From NCBI GenBank assembly GCA_963712745.1, contig CAVQJC010000010.1, positions 96,001-160,000 of the forward strand: DNA of 64,000 nucleotides. The letters are read 5' to 3'. Positions within the stretch are counted from its first letter, which is position 1; each line of letters starts with the position of its first letter. The notes under the pieces were generated by a model, which saw only the letters and a program-made list of their open reading frames with translations, made no database searches and had not been told where the DNA came from. Both the position numbers and the translations under genes were made by a program. This document shows, piece by piece, positions 32,046 to 42,881 of this stretch. This stretch comes from an uncultured Chloroflexia bacterium. Lineage in GTDB: Bacteria > Chloroflexota > Limnocylindria > Limnocylindrales > CSP1-4.

Positions 32046-33782
32046 TCAGCCGTCGACGATGACCGATATGCGCGCCCCGGGCCCACCGTCATCGGCGGTG
32101 CTGACGACGACCATGCGGTCGAGGCCTTCCGCGTAGGGCGCGACCTGGGCCCAATCAGGCGACATCGTGGCCAGCATCGGATCGAGAGCCGTCAGCAGCG
32201 AGCTGATGTTCATGTACATCACGCCCGTGTTGGGGGTGTCCTCGCCGATAGCGTCGACGTAGCCCGGACTGGTGGCCAGGGAGTCGGCACCGTCGGCGGC
32301 GAGAGCCGCCTGCACGAAGTCGCCGAGCCCGATGAGCAGGGCCCCGTCGGAGACGGCGACGCTGATGGTGTTCCCCATAGCCAGCGGCACCCCCGACCCG
32401 GCCAACATCTGGTCGATCGGGAGCGTGATGGTGCTGACCTCGACATCACCGACCAAATCGGTCCCGACGCTGACGCCCTGATCCTCCATCATCATCGTGA
32501 ACGTCGTGATCATGCGCATGAGATTATCGACACGCTCCTGTGCCAGCGCCTCGTCCGTGACCTCGCCGGCGATGCCCAGCCACAGCCCATCGGAACTCAG
32601 TCCGACGCCGATGCCGGCGTCTTCGACGAAGTCGAGGAACTCGGGCAGCGTCGCCTCAAGCTGGACCGCGAGAGGGCTGTTCTCACCGAGTAGAACCTCG
32701 ATCTGGGCCGCGGCGCCCATGGCGCCGCTCGGATCGTCGGCCGGCATCTCGGCGGCGGCCATGAAGTCGACCAGCGCGTTGAGGCCGGACTCGACCATTG
32801 CACCCAGTTCACGCATCTCGAAATAGACCTGCGTATCAGCGGGGAAGAGGCTGGCCATGTCGGATTCCCCGACCGCCAGGGACGGTGTCATCTCGCCAGG
32901 GGTGACCGCCGCAGTGAGGGTCATGCGGTCGTCCTCGGCCACCAGTGACATGACCATGTCCTGTGGCAGGAGAGCGGCCAGGTCCGCGGTGGGCAGAGCC
33001 ATGCCGGTCTGCCCTTCGGCCATCATGCCGGCGAGGTCCATGAAGCCAGTGAACGGTGCGAAGTCCATGTAGGCCGCGCCTAGCCGACTCGTCGGCAGCT
33101 GCGACCAGGCAGCCGAGAAGTCCTGGTCGTCGGCGAGGCTCTCAGCGTCGCCCGCGAGGACGTCGATGGAGGCCATGACCTGCGCCGGGTCGTTGCTGAG
33201 CAGCAGCCAACCATCAGTGATGGCCGCGCTGGTGCTTGGATCACTGACGATGGCCACATCGTTGTACATCTCTTCTGTGGTCTCGGTCCCACCGCTGCCG
33301 ATGAGGGAGTCGAAGAGCGAGGCCGCCGCGTCTTGGTCGGCCACGGCCAGGCCGATGATCATGGCCGGGTCCTCGCCCATCATGGCCGCTTCGAAGTCAC
33401 CTGCCGCGAGGCCGATCTCGCCGGTCAACACATCGCCGAAGAGGTCGCCGGCGGGCAGATCCAGGCCCATCTGACTACCGAGGCCGGTCATGACCTCGTC
33501 GATCTTCATCTGGAAGCTGCCGGCATCGGCGAAGCCGGGGAAGGCAGTCATCATCTGCGCCAGCGCCTCGTCCTGACCCGCGGGCATATCCAGCCGCGCT
33601 TCGACGTAGATGGAGCTGCCAGCGGGCACGAACTGCGGACCCTGGGACTCGCCCGCGCCGCTCTGGGCGAAGACGACGAGGCCCGATCCGGAGACGACGA
33701 GCATGACGGTCGCGACGAGTGCGACCGCCCAACGCCACGGGCCGCGGCGCGCGGTCATGGACGTCTCAGCAGAAGTGGACAT
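32046..33782 (-). CDS. Secreted/membrane-anchored Met-rich protein, DUF3352-like
   Basis: RBS GGAGG before MSTSAETS. Signal/TM segment ([19 protein letters not shown]). Internal duplication ([11 protein letters not shown] / [11 protein letters not shown]; GEIGLA / AGIGVG; DGWLLLS / DGALLIG). Family call is by recognition only. Confidence 0.6.
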   Translation of the reverse strand: MSTSAETSMTARRGPWRWAVALVATVMLVVSGSGLVVFAQSGAGESQGPQFVPAGSSIYVEARLDMPAGQDEALAQMMTAFPGFADAGSFQMKIDEVMTGLGSQMGLDLPAGDLFGDVLTGEIGLAAGDFEAAMMGEDPAMIIGLAVADQDAAASLFDSLIGSGGTETTEEMYNDVAIVSDPSTSAAITDGWLLLSNDPAQVMASIDVLAGDAESLADDQDFSAAWSQLPTSRLGAAYMDFAPFTGFMDLAGMMAEGQTGMALPTADLAALLPQDMVMSLVAEDDRMTLTAAVTPGEMTPSLAVGESDMASLFPADTQVYFEMRELGAMVESGLNALVDFMAAAEMPADDPSGAMGAAAQIEVLLGENSPLAVQLEATLPEFLDFVEDAGIGVGLSSDGLWLGIAGEVTDEALAQERVDNLMRMITTFTMMMEDQGVSVGTDLVGDVEVSTITLPIDQMLAGSGVPLAMGNTISVAVSDGALLIGLGDFVQAALAADGADSLATSPGYVDAIGEDTPNTGVMYMNISSLLTALDPMLATMSPDWAQVAPYAEGLDRMVVVSTADDGGPGARISVIVDG

Positions 33783-33860
33783 GGATACCTCCGTTGCGTC
33801 GGATCGTATTGATGGACGACTCTGCGCGGCCATTGTCTCACCGATGGCGCTGCATTCACC

Positions 33861-35192
33861 CTAGCCCAGCGGTCCCATCGGCAGGCCGGCGATCTTGCCC
33901 CCCCTGCCGCGCATCATCTTCATCATCTTCTGCATCTCGGCGAACTGCTTCACGAGCCGGTTGACCTCCGGCAGGCTGGTGCCGGAGCCCTTGGCGATGC
34001 GCCGCCTGCGCGAGGCGTTGAGGACGCCCGGGTCGTTGCGCTCCTCGAGCGTCATCGAGCGGATGATGGCCTCGACGTGTGCCAGGTCGCCGCGGTCGAT
34101 GGCCTGCTGTGCCTGCTTGGCCGCCCCGCCCAGCCCAGGGATCATGTCGATGATCGAGCCGAGCGGACCCATCTTCTTGACCTGCTGCATCTGCTCGAGG
34201 AAATCATCGAGCGTGAAGGCGTTCTTCTGTAGCTTCTCGGCGAGCTTCTCCGCTTCCTTGGCGTCGTAGGTCTCCTGCGCTCGCTCGACGAGGCTGACCA
34301 CGTCGCCCATGCCCAGGATGCGTCCGGCCAGGCGGTCGGGGTGGAAGACCTCGAGCGCATCGACCTTCTCGCCGGTGCCCATGAACTTCACCGCCAGGCC
34401 GCTCACCGCCGAGATGGAGAGGGCCGCGCCACCGCGGGCATCGCCGTCGATCTTGGTCAGCACGAGGCCGGTTACCGGCGTGTTCTCGTGGAACGCCTCT
34501 GCTACCGACACAGCCTCCTGCCCGACCATGGCGTCGACCACCAGCAGCGTCTCCCTGGGCTGGACGGCCTCGTGGACCTCGCGAATCTCGGCCATCAGCT
34601 GCTCGTCGATCTGGAGGCGGCCGGCGGTGTCGAGGATGACCACGTCACGGCCAGTCTGCTTGGCCTGGGCCACCGCGCCGGTCGCGATGTCGACTACCCG
34701 CGTGCCGGCCGGAGCGCTGTAGACGGGGATGTCCAGCGAGGCGCCCAGCGTCTTGAGCTGGTCGATGGCAGCGGGCCGGTAGATGTCCGCCGCCACCAGC
34801 ATGGGCTGGCGTCCCTGCCGCACGATCCAGCGTGCCAGCTTGGCCGAGGACGTGGTCTTGCCCGAGCCCTGCAGGCCGACCATGGCGATGACCGCGGGCG
34901 AGCCGTCGAAACGGAACGTACGGTCCCCTGCCCCGAGGATAGCCGTGAGCTCCTCGTGGACGATCTTGACCACCATCTGACCGGCGTTGACGTTCTCGAT
35001 GACGTCAGCCCCGATGGCACGCTCCTTCACGCGCTTGACGAAGTCCTTGACGACCTTGTAGTTGACGTCGGCCTCGAGCAGCGCGAGACGGACCTCGCGC
35101 ATGGCCACGTTGACATCGTCTTCGGTGATGCGGCCATGGCCGGTGAGTCCGGCCAGGGCGGTGCGGAGTCGGTCGGAGAGCGCGTCGAACAT
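33861..35192 (-). CDS. ffh: Signal recognition particle protein
   Basis: ALLEADV, GLQGSGKTT, DTAGR, TKIDGDARGG, M domain SRRRRIAKGSG. Confidence 0.98.
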   Translation of the reverse strand: MFDALSDRLRTALAGLTGHGRITEDDVNVAMREVRLALLEADVNYKVVKDFVKRVKERAIGADVIENVNAGQMVVKIVHEELTAILGAGDRTFRFDGSPAVIAMVGLQGSGKTTSSAKLARWIVRQGRQPMLVAADIYRPAAIDQLKTLGASLDIPVYSAPAGTRVVDIATGAVAQAKQTGRDVVILDTAGRLQIDEQLMAEIREVHEAVQPRETLLVVDAMVGQEAVSVAEAFHENTPVTGLVLTKIDGDARGGAALSISAVSGLAVKFMGTGEKVDALEVFHPDRLAGRILGMGDVVSLVERAQETYDAKEAEKLAEKLQKNAFTLDDFLEQMQQVKKMGPLGSIIDMIPGLGGAAKQAQQAIDRGDLAHVEAIIRSMTLEERNDPGVLNASRRRRIAKGSGTSLPEVNRLVKQFAEMQKMMKMMRGRGGKIAGLPMGPLG

Positions 35193-35336
35193 GGGCGTCA
35201 GTCTAGCGGCGCTTGCGGATGTGGCCGGGACTGCGGCTGAGGCCGAGCCCGGGCTGCGCCGCCGAGCGCACAGCGGAGGCCGCCTCGGGGCCCGGCGCGC
35301 CGGGCCATGGCCTTGGGCTCCCCGCCGTACGCGGGC

Positions 35337-36287
35337 CTATCTGCGCGGGGGTGGATCCCCGTCCACCGCGAACAGGGCGGCCACGAAGGCGTTGGGGTCG
35401 AAGTCACGCAGATCGGTCATCTTCTCGCCCAGGCCCACGAAGAGCACGGGGACGTCCATCGAACGCTCGATGGCGAAGGCCACGCCGCCCTTGGCCGTGG
35501 AGTCGAGCTTGGTCAGCGCGATGGCGGTCAAGCCGGAGGAGCGGTGGAAGGCCTTGGCCTGCATCAACCCGTTCTGGCCGGTGGTGGCGTCGAGCACGAA
35601 GAGCACCTCCGGCTGCGCCTCGGGGATGCGCTTGCTGATGGTGCGGCGGATCTTGGCCAGCTCCTCCATCAGGTTGGCCTTGGTGTGCAGCCGACCGGCG
35701 GTGTCGATGATGACCACGTCCATGCCCCGGGCCTTGGCCGCGTCCATGGCATCGAAGACGACCGCAGAGGGGTCCGCGCCGGCGGCGTGCGAGATGACCG
35801 GTACATCGATACGTCCGGCCCAGTCCGTGAGCTGTTCGATGGCCGCGGCACGGAAGGTATCGGCAGCAGCGAGCAGGACCTTGGCCCCCAGGGACTTGAA
35901 GCGGTAGGCCAGCTTGGCGATGGTGGTGGTCTTGCCCGTACCGTTCACGCCGACCACGAGGATGACCGCGGGGATACCGGGCCCGGGGATTCGCGGCCAG
36001 GGAACCGCCTTGCGCTCGGCGAACAGGTTGAGCAGCTCAAGCTGCAGGGCCTTCTGAGGGCCCACTTCGGTGCGGGCGCGGGCACGGTCGCAGACCTCGA
36101 TGGCCAGCTCGGCACCGAGGTCGGCCGAGATGAGCGCCTCTTCGACCTCCTCCCACGTCTCGTCATCGAGATCGCCGGAGCCGAGCAGGCCGCGGACCCG
36201 TTCGGCGAATCCGAGTCGCGTCGGCTTGAGCGCATCCTGAAGCAGGATCCGCTCGGGCGGCGCTGCACCCGACCCGGGTGCGGTCAC
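35337..36287 (-). CDS. ftsY: SRP receptor
   Basis: GVNGTGKTTT, ADTFRAAA, DTAGRLH, TKLDSTAKGG. Confidence 0.97.
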   Translation of the reverse strand: MTAPGSGAAPPERILLQDALKPTRLGFAERVRGLLGSGDLDDETWEEVEEALISADLGAELAIEVCDRARARTEVGPQKALQLELLNLFAERKAVPWPRIPGPGIPAVILVVGVNGTGKTTTIAKLAYRFKSLGAKVLLAAADTFRAAAIEQLTDWAGRIDVPVISHAAGADPSAVVFDAMDAAKARGMDVVIIDTAGRLHTKANLMEELAKIRRTISKRIPEAQPEVLFVLDATTGQNGLMQAKAFHRSSGLTAIALTKLDSTAKGGVAFAIERSMDVPVLFVGLGEKMTDLRDFDPNAFVAALFAVDGDPPPRR

Positions 36288-39200
36288 GCGAGCGCCCGGC
36301 CCGCGAGGCGCGGGTCGCCCTCGGGCAGGTCCGCCAGCTTCAGCGAGATGACATGGCTGACCGCGTCGTCACCGACCGTGACGCCGTAGAGCGCATCGGC
36401 GGCCTCGATAGTGCCGCGGTTGTGCGTGATGACCACGAACTGGATCTCCTCAGCCAGGGAACGAAGGGCCGATGAGAAGCGCCCGATATTGGCTTCGTCG
36501 AGGGCGGCGTCGACTTCGTCGAGCACGCAGAAGGGCACGGGCCGGACCTCGAGCATGGCCATCAGCAGGGCCACCGCGGTGAGGGCGCGCTCGCCTCCAG
36601 AGAGCATCGCCAGCGGCTGGCGCTTCTTGCCCGGTGGGCGGGCCGTGATCTCGACGCCGGTGGTCGAGAGGTCGTTGGAATCGGTCAGCGAGAGCACCGC
36701 CTCCCCACCGCCGAAGAGCTGATGGAAGCGACGGCTGAAGGCGCCCTCCAGCGCCTCGAAGGTCTGTCGGAACTGCTCGGTCATGAGGTTGCCCAGGCGG
36801 CCGATCAGCTCACGCGTGTCGCGGATGGCCTTCTCCAGGTCTTCGCGCTGGGACTCCAGCGACTCCAGCCGCACCTTGACCTCGGCCAGCTCCTGCACCG
36901 CGAAGGGGTTGCTGGCTCCGACATCGTTGAAACGGCGGCGCAGGGCGGAGATGCGCGCCCGTGAGGGGGGCTCAGCCGCCGGCGCGCCGACGGCTGAGGC
37001 CTCGCGCCAGGCGTCAAGGGCGGCGTCGAGTGCCGTTTCGAGCAGCTCCGGCAGCTCGTCCGCGCCCGGCGTCCCGGACGGTACCGCCTGATCCGCCTGG
37101 GCCAGCAGCGTGGTGAGGCCGTCATCACCGATCGAGGCCAGCTCCACGAGCAGACCTTCCCGGGCCGCGTCGACCTGCATGCGCGCCTCCATCTCGGCCA
37201 CCTCGCTGTGGCGGCTGCGGCCTTCCGCCACCCGCAGGCGCTCGCGAGCAGCACTGGCAGCCGTCTCGGCAGCCAGCAGCTCATCGCGCTCGCCCCGCGC
37301 CGAGGCTATCGAGGACTCGAAGGCTTCGTGCTCGGTGCGCTGGCGCGAGCGGGCCGCGGCCAGTTCGCCGGCCAGTCGTTCGCGCTCGGTGACCAGGTCC
37401 GCCTCGCGGCCACTGAGCCCGACCTCATCACGCTCGAGCTCCTCGATCCGGGCCTCGGCCAGACCAAGGGCGACCTCGGCCCGGCGCCGGTCCTCCATGG
37501 CCCGGTCGCGCGCCGTACGTGCCTCGCCGGCCACCGAGGCAGCCGCGTCTCGCTCCCCGCGCAGGGCAGTCACGCGCGCCTCGAGGGCAGCAAGGGCGTC
37601 GCGGACCTCGTCGCTGGCTCCCTCCCCGGACTGGTGCTCGTCGAAATCCTTGAGCCCGGCCGCCCGTAGCGCCGCCTCCTCGCGGGCCGTCGCCGCATCG
37701 CCCTCGGCGCGCTCCAGCACGGCCTCCTGCCAGGCCAGGTCACGGGTCGCGTTCTCGGCCGCGGAGGCCGCGGAACGGTCGGTCTCATCGGCCACCCGCC
37801 GTTCGCGCCGCGCGGCGTCGAGGGCCTCGCGCGTGCTCTGTGATCGCTCCACTGCCGCCGTGCCGGCCTTCTCGGCCGCGTCCGCGGTCGCTGCGGCCGC
37901 CTGGAGCTCTGTCTCGGTCCGCTCCAGCCGCCGGGCGACCTCGTCGAGAGTGGCGCGCCGCTCGAGCGTTGACGCTCCGGGCGCGGGATGGATGACACCC
38001 ATGTCGTCGATGACCACGCCGTCCCTGGTCACCAACCGCCAGCCGGGGGGTAGATCGACTCGCAGGGAGAGCGCGTCGTCAAGCGTCGGGACCCAGGCAC
38101 AGCGCGAGAGCAGCCGGGCAGCGTGTGACTCAGGGTCGAGCCGGAGCGCTGTCGACAGCGACCCGCCGCCGGCCTCGCCGACCTGCTCAGTAAGCCTGCT
38201 GGCAGCCCGGTCGGCTGCGCGACTGCGACCGTCGCCGCCGTCGCGCAGCACCATCACCGCGGCGGCATCGGCCAGCGCGCGCGCGTCGTCGGGGTCGATC
38301 ACCAGGCCGGTGAGGATGTCGCCCAGGGCGGCTTCGACGGCGGGCCGCAGTTCAGGCTCGACCTCCAGGCCCTCGCTGAAGCGACGTCCTCCCCGTGCGC
38401 GCGCGGAGCGCAGCAGCGACTGATCGAGCCCGGACTCCAACTGCTGCTCGAGCGCTTCACGCCTGGCCTTGAGCCCCTCGAACTCGGCTCGTAGCCGGCT
38501 GAGGGTCTCGTTGGCGGAGGAGGTGGCGGCCTCGGCTTCGTTGACCGCGACGCGGGCCATGGTGGCCTCGGACTCAGCCGCCTGTTCCGCGGCGTGTGCG
38601 GCGGCGCGAGACTCGGCCGCGGCGGCGGCCTTCTCAGCAGCCAGCGCCGCGGTCTCGACCTTGCTAGCGACCTGCTCCTGCTGGGCGCTCAGGCGGCGTT
38701 CAGCCTCGGCCTGGCGGCGGGCGGCTCGTTCCGCGTCGGCGGCGAGGCGGGCGCGGGCAGCGCGGGCGGTGGTGGCCCGCTCCTCGTCGGCGCGCCCGGC
38801 CTGGCGCAGCTCGTCGGCATCGCGTGAGGCTTCGGCCAGGCGCTGCTCGGCCTGCTCAAGAGCATCCTCGGCGGCTCGGTCGGGCTCCGGCAGCACCGCC
38901 GCCATGCGGCGCCGCGCCTCTTCCGCGCGGGCGGCTGTGGCAGCCTTCTCCTCGCCGATGCGGGACCGCTCGCGCACGAGCGCCTCAGCCTCGCTGGCGG
39001 AGCGAGTCTGCGCCAGCTCGATACGCTGGACCACTGTCCTGGCCTCGTCGAGACGCTGGCGCAGGCGCTGCTCGGCATCGGCCCGCTCGGACAGGGCGCG
39101 CGTCAGTGAAGCGGCCCTGTCCTCCGCGTCTCGCAGCGCTCCGAGGGCAGCGTCGGCCTCGTGACGCGACGAGGCCAGTGCTTCAGCGTGACGCTGGGAT

Positions 39201-39925
39201 TCGATCTCGGCCGCGCTCAGGCGCGCCCGGGCCCCGGCCACGAGGGCCTCCGCCAGCTCCGCGCCGGCGGCCATGCGAGCCTCCTGCTGCTCAGCCTGGG
39301 CCGCCAGGCGGCGGGCCTGCGGGCGCAGCTCGGCGAGCACGTCGCGCACGCGCTCGAGGTTGGACTCGGCTTCGCTCAGCTCGTTCTCCGCCTTCTTGCG
39401 CCGTCGCTGGTGCTTGCGGATGCCCGCCGCTTCCTCGAACAGCGGGCGTCGCTCCTCCGGACGCAAGGCCAGCGCCTGGTCGACCATGCCCTGGCCGATG
39501 AAGAGGAAGGCGTTGTCGGCGATATTGGCGTCATCGAGCAGCTCGACCAGGTCGCGCAGACGGATGCGCTGGCGGTTCAGCAGGTACTCGTTCTCGCCGG
39601 AGCGGAAGAGGCGGCGCGAGAGCTCGACCTCGCCGAAGTCGACCGAGAGCAGCCGGTCCTCGTTGTCGATGACGAGGCTGACATCGGCCATGCCCACGGC
39701 TCGTCGGTTGGCCGAACCGGCGAAGATGAGGTCCTCAGCACGGCGGCTGCGCAGCGCCCGGCCTTGCTCCCCCAGAGCCCAGCGCAGGGCGTCGGCGAGG
39801 TTGGACTTGCCGCTGCCGTTGGGACCGACGACCGCCGAGATCCCGGGCCCGAACTCCACCACTGTGCGCTCTGCGAACGACTTGAAGCCGACCATGCGCA
39901 GCTCGCGCAGACGCGCCAGGCTCAC
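36284..39925 (-). CDS. smc: Chromosome segregation protein SMC
   Basis: GFKSFA, GPNGSGKSN, coiled coils, hinge, LSGGE, LDEVDAALD, ITH. Confidence 0.96.
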   Translation of the reverse strand: MSLARLRELRMVGFKSFAERTVVEFGPGISAVVGPNGSGKSNLADALRWALGEQGRALRSRRAEDLIFAGSANRRAVGMADVSLVIDNEDRLLSVDFGEVELSRRLFRSGENEYLLNRQRIRLRDLVELLDDANIADNAFLFIGQGMVDQALALRPEERRPLFEEAAGIRKHQRRRKKAENELSEAESNLERVRDVLAELRPQARRLAAQAEQQEARMAAGAELAEALVAGARARLSAAEIESQRHAEALASSRHEADAALGALRDAEDRAASLTRALSERADAEQRLRQRLDEARTVVQRIELAQTRSASEAEALVRERSRIGEEKAATAARAEEARRRMAAVLPEPDRAAEDALEQAEQRLAEASRDADELRQAGRADEERATTARAARARLAADAERAARRQAEAERRLSAQQEQVASKVETAALAAEKAAAAAESRAAAHAAEQAAESEATMARVAVNEAEAATSSANETLSRLRAEFEGLKARREALEQQLESGLDQSLLRSARARGGRRFSEGLEVEPELRPAVEAALGDILTGLVIDPDDARALADAAAVMVLRDGGDGRSRAADRAASRLTEQVGEAGGGSLSTALRLDPESHAARLLSRCAWVPTLDDALSLRVDLPPGWRLVTRDGVVIDDMGVIHPAPGASTLERRATLDEVARRLERTETELQAAAATADAAEKAGTAAVERSQSTREALDAARRERRVADETDRSAASAAENATRDLAWQEAVLERAEGDAATAREEAALRAAGLKDFDEHQSGEGASDEVRDALAALEARVTALRGERDAAASVAGEARTARDRAMEDRRRAEVALGLAEARIEELERDEVGLSGREADLVTERERLAGELAAARSRQRTEHEAFESSIASARGERDELLAAETAASAARERLRVAEGRSRHSEVAEMEARMQVDAAREGLLVELASIGDDGLTTLLAQADQAVPSGTPGADELPELLETALDAALDAWREASAVGAPAAEPPSRARISALRRRFNDVGASNPFAVQELAEVKVRLESLESQREDLEKAIRDTRELIGRLGNLMTEQFRQTFEALEGAFSRRFHQLFGGGEAVLSLTDSNDLSTTGVEITARPPGKKRQPLAMLSGGERALTAVALLMAMLEVRPVPFCVLDEVDAALDEANIGRFSSALRSLAEEIQFVVITHNRGTIEAADALYGVTVGDDAVSHVISLKLADLPEGDPRLAGRALA

Positions 39926-40653
39926 GTGGCTGCGGCCTCCGCTTCGGCCACCAGGCCATCGGTCGCGCCGATCTGCTCGAGGGCGGCCTCGGCCGCATGG
40001 GTCTCGGCCTCGCGCCGGCTCCGGCCCTCGCCGGTGCCGATGACGTCGCCGTCGACAGCTACCTCGACGATGAAGTGACGGGCGTGGTCGGGGCCTTCGC
40101 TGCTGACGATGCGATAGGCCGGCGCGCGGCCGGTAGACGCGAAGGCGTGTTCCTGCAGCCGGCTCTTTGGCGCCTTGAGGGCGTCGAGCGGCAAGGCGGC
40201 ATCGAGTTCGGGAGCAGCCGCTTCGAGGATGAAGTGGCGGGCGGCATCGAGGCCACGGTCGAGGTAGATGGCCGCGACGATCGATTCGAAGAGACCCGCC
40301 AGCACCGAGCTGCGTCGACGCTCGCCGGAGTTTTCGGCACCCTGGCCCAGGACGAGTGCTTCGCCGATCTCGAGGCGGCGAGCCATCCGGGCCAAGCCAC
40401 GCGTGGACACGATGGCAGCACGCCTGGTGGTCAGCGTTCCCTCGGGCTCGTCGCGATGGCGCTTGAAGAGCGCCTCCGACATGACCAGGGAGAGGACGGC
40501 ATCGCCGAGGAACTCGAGCCGCTCGTTGGACTCGGTGAGGCTCTCAGGATGCTCGTTCACATAGCTGCTATGGACGAGGGCCTCGGTCAGGAGCGCGGGG
40601 TCGTCGAATTCCAGGCCGAGACGGTCGGCGAGCTCGGCGGTGCTCGTGGGCAT
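39922..40653 (-). CDS. rnc: Ribonuclease III
   Basis: NERLEFLGDAVL, C-terminal dsRBD (PKSRLQE, GPDH, GRSRREAE). Confidence 0.97.
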   Translation of the reverse strand: MPTSTAELADRLGLEFDDPALLTEALVHSSYVNEHPESLTESNERLEFLGDAVLSLVMSEALFKRHRDEPEGTLTTRRAAIVSTRGLARMARRLEIGEALVLGQGAENSGERRRSSVLAGLFESIVAAIYLDRGLDAARHFILEAAAPELDAALPLDALKAPKSRLQEHAFASTGRAPAYRIVSSEGPDHARHFIVEVAVDGDVIGTGEGRSRREAETHAAEAALEQIGATDGLVAEAEAAAT

Positions 40654-40670
40654 CGACCCCGGTCGGGGGG

Positions 40671-40913
40671 CTACTGGTTGAGGCGCTCGTCGATGTAGTC
40701 GACAGCGTCCTGGACGGTGCGGATGTTCTCTGCATCCTCGTCCGAGATCTCGGTTCCGAACTCCTCCTCGAGACTCATGACGAGCTCGACGAGGTCAAGG
40801 GAGTCGGCGTTCAGGTCATCCACGAACGAAGCCTCAAGCTTGACATCGGCCTCGTCCACACCGAGCTGCTCGACGATGATCTTCTTGAGTCGCTCGAAGG
40901 TCGAAGCGGTCAC
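40671..40913 (-). CDS. acpP: Acyl carrier protein
   Basis: [21 protein letters not shown]. Confidence 0.97.
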   Translation of the reverse strand: MTASTFERLKKIIVEQLGVDEADVKLEASFVDDLNADSLDLVELVMSLEEEFGTEISDEDAENIRTVQDAVDYIDERLNQ

Positions 40914-41455
40914 TCTCTGGGTCCCTCCCTATGGGCTTGGGTCACTGTATCGGTCACGCTCTCGGGGCCTGCGGGGCTTCCGTCCCGATCGGTCTCCTCT
41001 GCTTTCGCGGCCGCCTCCTGAGCGACACGTCCTAGAGCGCCATTCATGAGCCGCCGGGTGGGCTCTCCGCTGTAGGTTCGAGCGAGCTCGACCCACTCCG
41101 ATATCGCGACCCGGGCTGGCGTCGTCGGGCAGTGTAGCAGTTCGCTAACGCCGCAACGCAGCAGAGCGCGGTCGATGCGCGCAAGCTGGACGACGGGATA
41201 CTGCGTGGCCACCGACTCGATGCGCTCATCGATGGAGTCACGGTAGGTCACGACGGCCTCGGCGATGCGGCGGGCGTGCGTGGCAGCGCGCTCACCGATA
41301 TCGCCCTCCGCGAGCCGACGCTCGAGGGCGGCTCCGGCCGTACGCTGCCCGAACTCGGCCTCGAAGACCGCGGCCAGCGCCAGCTGGCGACCCTCGCGCT
41401 CCGGCCCGTGGACCGTGGGCCCGGTCCTGGCACGAGCAGCGGGGGTGTCAGTCAC
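40910..41455 (-). CDS. nusB: Transcription antitermination factor NusB
   Basis: [40 protein letters not shown] start overlapping the plsX stop is inferred. Confidence 0.9.
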   Translation of the reverse strand: MTDTPAARARTGPTVHGPEREGRQLALAAVFEAEFGQRTAGAALERRLAEGDIGERAATHARRIAEAVVTYRDSIDERIESVATQYPVVQLARIDRALLRCGVSELLHCPTTPARVAISEWVELARTYSGEPTRRLMNGALGRVAQEAAAKAEETDRDGSPAGPESVTDTVTQAHREGPRE

Positions 41456-42587
41456 CCTCGGCGACCTCGGCCACCTCGGCCGGCTCGGGCGTCGTCCCGG
41501 ACTCTGGATGCAGAGCCGCGGTCTTCTTCTGGGCCGTCGACTTGTCCACGCCCTCGGACACCAGCGTGGCCGTGATGCGCTCGGGGATGTTGGCCCGTGC
41601 CGCGGCGGCCGTGACCTCAACGGCGTAGCCGATCATGCGGCGCTTGGCGCTGCCGTGGGTGATGAGGACCGTGCCGTTGACGCCGAGCAGTGGTGAACCA
41701 CCCAGCTTCTCGTAGTCGAAGCGCGAGCGGATGCGGCGGATGCCGGGACGCATGAAGAAGTAGCCGAGCGGGCCCCAGGGCGGACGGCGGAACTCGGTCT
41801 CGAGCATGCCGAAGATGGTCAGCGACAGACCCTCGAAGAACTTCATCACCACGTTGCCCACCGAGGCGTCGCAGACGACCACATCAGCGGGGTGGTGGGG
41901 CACATCACGGCCTTCGACGTTGCCGATGAAGTTGAGGTGCCCGTCGCGCAGCAGGATGGTCGCGTCCTGCACTCTTGTCTCGCCCTTGCCCTCCTCGCCG
42001 CCGATCGAAAGCAGCGCCACGGTCGGGTCGGTCACGCCCAGCACGCGTTCGCTGAAGAGCGAGCCCATGTGCGCGAACTGGGCCAGGTTGACACCGGTGG
42101 AGTCGGTCGTGGCCCCGATGTCGAGCAGGGTCAGCGGGCCCTTGTCCGTGATCATCTGGACGGCCAGGGCCGGACGATCCACGCCGGGCAGCCGTTTCAG
42201 GTGCAGGATGGCGGAAGCTACGCCGGCGCCGGTGTGACCGGCGGAGACGACGGCATCGGCCTCACCGTCACGCACCAGGCGCATGGCCACGTTGATGCTG
42301 GCGTCCTTCTTGCGCCGGACCGCGACCGCCGGTGCCTCGCCCATGCCCACCGCCTGGCTGGCGTGGACGAGGCGCACATGATCGGGCAAGGCCTCGTCGA
42401 TGAAGGGCGTGATGCGGCCCTCATCGCCCACGAGGATGACCTCCACGTCGGGGTGCTCACGGGCCCACTCGACTGCGCCGCGCACGACTTCTTCGGGGGC
42501 GTGATCGCCGCCCATGGCGTCGACGGCCACGCGTGGTCGTTCGAGGAAGCCGTCACCTGTGCCCTGTTCGAGGGCTGAGACGTCCAC
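41448..42587 (-). CDS. plsX: Phosphate acyltransferase
   Basis: VDAMGGDHAP, VSAGHTGA, RPALA, FIGNVEG, LLGVNG, THGS. Confidence 0.96.
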   Translation of the reverse strand: MDVSALEQGTGDGFLERPRVAVDAMGGDHAPEEVVRGAVEWAREHPDVEVILVGDEGRITPFIDEALPDHVRLVHASQAVGMGEAPAVAVRRKKDASINVAMRLVRDGEADAVVSAGHTGAGVASAILHLKRLPGVDRPALAVQMITDKGPLTLLDIGATTDSTGVNLAQFAHMGSLFSERVLGVTDPTVALLSIGGEEGKGETRVQDATILLRDGHLNFIGNVEGRDVPHHPADVVVCDASVGNVVMKFFEGLSLTIFGMLETEFRRPPWGPLGYFFMRPGIRRIRSRFDYEKLGGSPLLGVNGTVLITHGSAKRRMIGYAVEVTAAAARANIPERITATLVSEGVDKSTAQKKTAALHPESGTTPEPAEVAEVAEGD

Positions 42588-42626
42588 GTCAGGCGGCTCG
42601 GGTCAATGGCTGCGCGTGGGCGACCG

Positions 42627-42827
42627 TCAGGCGCTCTGCTCGGGCGTCTTCTCGCGGATCTTCACCGCCTCACGACCGCCGTACCAGCCGCAATTGGGGC
42701 AGGCATGGTGCGGACGCTTGGGCTGGTGGCAATGCGAGCACGCCTCGAGGCTTGGGACCGTGAGCGCGTGGTGCGAGCGCCGTTCGCGCTTGCGGGTGCT
42801 CGAGACACGTCGCTTGGGGACTCCCAT
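42627..42827 (-). CDS. rpmF: 50S ribosomal protein L32 (Zn-ribbon form)
   Basis: [13 protein letters not shown]...[10 protein letters not shown]. Confidence 0.97.
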   Translation of the reverse strand: MGVPKRRVSSTRKRERRSHHALTVPSLEACSHCHQPKRPHHACPNCGWYGGREAVKIREKTPEQSA

Positions 42828-42881
42828 GGATTACCTCGTTTCCTTCTCTGGGGGGTTGCTGTTCATGCTGACGCTGAAGCG

